Virus record (IMG/VR): IMGVR_UViG_3300028640_000004 | Span: 1 to 64,000 of that record | Source: a virus | Lineage: Duplodnaviria; Caudoviricetes | Length of the DNA: 64,000 nucleotides | Reading direction: 5' to 3' (one strand) | Part shown: piece by piece, positions 62,490 to 64,000 of the stretch | How the letters are laid out: each line of letters begins with the position of its first letter | Position numbering within the stretch: the stretch's first letter is position 1 | The notes under the pieces: generated by a model | What the model saw: only the letters and a program-made list of their open reading frames with translations | Databases searched by the model: none | What the model was told of the DNA's origin: nothing | Translations under genes and position numbers: made by a program

Positions 62490-62545
62490 ATATAATAAGT
62501 ATATATTAGTATAGATTAGTATAGATTATACCTATTCATGGGTAC

Positions 62546-62574
62546 TTGACTTATATATATAACAGTGATAATAT
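62546..62574 (+). promoter_or_regulatory. Sigma70-type promoter, extended -10, leaderless
   Basis: TTGACT-N17-TAATAT with TG at -15/-14; ATG 6 nt after -10. Confidence 0.65.
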
Positions 62575-62580
62575 AGGTAT

Positions 62581-62910
62581 ATGAAAGTTGCAGATACTAT
62601 AGTTTCATTTAAATGGCTTAGATCGAATGACAATGGCTTAGTAATGATAGATTCATTCTATAAGGCCGGACTCAGACCGACTAAGATGTATATAGGTGAG
62701 GCTATACAAGTAGGTCGAGAAGTTAGAATAATTAGACCAGGAACCAAGTTCTTTGTAGGAGAGTATGATATAAAGAACTTTGAGAATAAGTGGGAAGAAG
62801 ACAAGATTTATTTCATAGAAGAGAAGGATATTGCCATAGTCTTATTAGAAGACTTCAAAAAAGAGATCAGGATAATACCTTCAGAGGAATGGAATAATGT
62901 AAAGAATTAA
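62581..62910 (+). CDS. GroES/Cpn10-like co-chaperonin
   Basis: MKVADTIVSFK...GLVM...GEAIQVGREVRIIRPGTKFFVGEY...IYFIEEKDIAIVL follows the GroES pattern. Confidence 0.6.
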   Translation: MKVADTIVSFKWLRSNDNGLVMIDSFYKAGLRPTKMYIGEAIQVGREVRIIRPGTKFFVGEYDIKNFENKWEEDKIYFIEEKDIAIVLLEDFKKEIRIIPSEEWNNVKN

Positions 62911-62912
62911 TT

Positions 62913-63155
62913 ATGGATAATAATACAGATGCGTTTAAGGCTTTAGTGTTAGTAGGAAAAGCCTTTGCACCTTTAACAGAAGATGAGAAGAACATTCTGT
63001 TAAAGCGATATGGATTCCTTGGCGATAAGATAACTCTTGAAGCAATAGGTAAAGAGCTTGATGTTACCAAGGAGAGGGTTAGACAGAAACAAGAAAGAGC
63101 AATAGATAAATTTAATATTGCATATAATGCACTTACTAAGAACAACGAAGTATAA
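62913..63155 (+). CDS. Sigma-70 region 4-like HTH protein
   Basis: LTEDEKNILLKRYG...TLEAIGKELDVTKERVRQKQERAIDK. Confidence 0.85.
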   Translation: MDNNTDAFKALVLVGKAFAPLTEDEKNILLKRYGFLGDKITLEAIGKELDVTKERVRQKQERAIDKFNIAYNALTKNNEV

Positions 63156-63930
63156 TACAGTTGATGAAGCCCTATTAGATCACTTCAAGTCAGAACAAGA
63201 AAAGCAAAGGCTTATTAGAAAAGATAGAAAGCCTGAGGATACTTACTGGAGTCCATCATCTATGGGGTTATGTAAGAGGTCTCATTACTTTAAAAGAATG
63301 AGCTATGCAGAAAATGATAGAGAAGATAGAGATAACTTTGTAACAGAGCTTGGCAATATGACACATGAGTATGTGGCAAAAGCTTGCTCAGAGTGTGGGA
63401 TACTAATATGTTCTGAGAAGACTATAGTAGATGAAGAGACCAAATTAAGAGGAAGATTCGATAACTTAGTTCGTTTAGCCAGGGGCATCGCGATGGTCGA
63501 TGTTAAATCGCAAAGGCCAGAGGCATTCTTTAAACGAGCTAAGGACACAGATAAAGTAAAGCCACACCAAAAAGTACAGTTAGCTTGTTATGATTATCTA
63601 GCTAATAAGTTTCTACCACACATTTTTCCAGAGTTAGTTAATCCAGAAACTGGGAAGGTAGTAGATTACTCTGTCATATATTATGTTGATAGAGGAGGCG
63701 GATGTCGTGATGAGATACCTTTAAAGTTTAGTGACGGCTTTATAAAGAAGAATGTATTAGGAGAGTTAGAGGTGCTTAACAATCACTTCAATAATAAAAC
63801 AATTCCACCTGCTGAAGCTTGGGGTACATGGCAATGTAAGTACTGTAATTACAAAGATACATGTGCATCTCTAAGAAATAAGCAAAAGGAATTAACTAAG
63901 GCATCGTCTTTAAAGACAAAGCCAAAATAA
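63127..63930 (+). CDS. Cas4-like PD-(D/E)XK exonuclease (start 63118 or 63127)
   Basis: SPSSMGLCKR, GNMTHE, RGRFDNL...VDVKS, QLACY, CKYCNYKDTC. Confidence 0.85.
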   Translation: MHLLRTTKYNTVDEALLDHFKSEQEKQRLIRKDRKPEDTYWSPSSMGLCKRSHYFKRMSYAENDREDRDNFVTELGNMTHEYVAKACSECGILICSEKTIVDEETKLRGRFDNLVRLARGIAMVDVKSQRPEAFFKRAKDTDKVKPHQKVQLACYDYLANKFLPHIFPELVNPETGKVVDYSVIYYVDRGGGCRDEIPLKFSDGFIKKNVLGELEVLNNHFNNKTIPPAEAWGTWQCKYCNYKDTCASLRNKQKELTKASSLKTKPK

Positions 63931-63938
63931 AAACACAC

Positions 63939-64000
63939 ATGAAATTAAACGAATACGAACCAAAAGAATCACTAGGTTACTTTAAACCACAACCAGGAGC
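63939..64000 (+). CDS. Partial ORF running off the window
   Basis: MKLNEYEPKESLGYFKPQPG... Confidence 0.5.
   Translation, partial: MKLNEYEPKESLGYFKPQPG

Larger units (their letters stand above)
1..64000 (+). mobile_element. Tailed dsDNA bacteriophage genome segment (podovirus-like; no integrase or host genes seen)
   Basis: Terminase-portal-scaffold-capsid-adaptor-nozzle-fibre-lysis gene order, co-oriented tightly packed genes, no housekeeping genes. Confidence 0.95.

Noticed and set aside
1489-63548. All minus-strand ORFs in the track (e.g. 44207..45004, 33148..33723, 38764..39315)
   Set aside because: They lie antisense to longer motif-bearing + strand genes and have the Ser/Leu/Phe- or Pro/Val-rich composition of shadow frames
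63127-63930. CRISPR-Cas system suggested by the Cas4-like gene
   Set aside because: No repeat-spacer array or other cas genes; solo Cas4-like exonucleases are common phage recombination genes
1-64000. Stop-codon reassignment (code 15 or 25)
   Set aside because: Long genes are intact under the standard code, and TAA, TAG and TGA all end genes at tight junctions

Overview
This is a 64-kb piece of an AT-rich (roughly 30% GC by eye) tailed dsDNA bacteriophage genome. All credible genes are on the + strand and use the standard code. Region 1-15.3 kb is a dense block of small early/accessory genes (CHC2 Zn-finger, AAA+ ATPase, MoxR-like AAA + HEXXH/VWA pair, HNH, DUF3310-like, several paralogue families), closed by an intrinsic terminator. 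Region 15.3-62.5 kb is the virion block: TerS, GpA-type TerL, portal with a C-terminal ASCH-like extension, scaffold, major capsid protein with an inserted beta-domain, a 4939-aa LysM + DEDDh-exonuclease polyvalent protein, adaptor/nozzle-like genes (podovirus-like, no tape measure or sheath seen), a papain-type endolysin, a 13-kb fibre/adhesin cassette and holin-like genes. Region 62.5-64 kb holds GroES-like, sigma-region-4 HTH and Cas4-like genes. Promoters are canonical sigma70 type, Shine-Dalgarno motifs were absent at the starts inspected, and several mRNAs look leaderless, which fits a Patescibacteria/CPR-like host (inference). The least explained signals are: (i) about 12 early proteins from several unrelated families sharing a terminal L-hydrophobic-x-x-L/I-stop tag around the AAA/VWA pair; (ii) two tRNA-like elements without a canonical anticodon arm that fill intergenic gaps and end 1-2 nt before an ATG (possible tRNA-punctuation processing); (iii) seven dispersed copies of the palindrome CGAAG-RTRY-CTTCG, three of them inside coding sequence; (iv) several structured intergenic RNAs. 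All protein calls come from motif recognition by eye, with no database searches.
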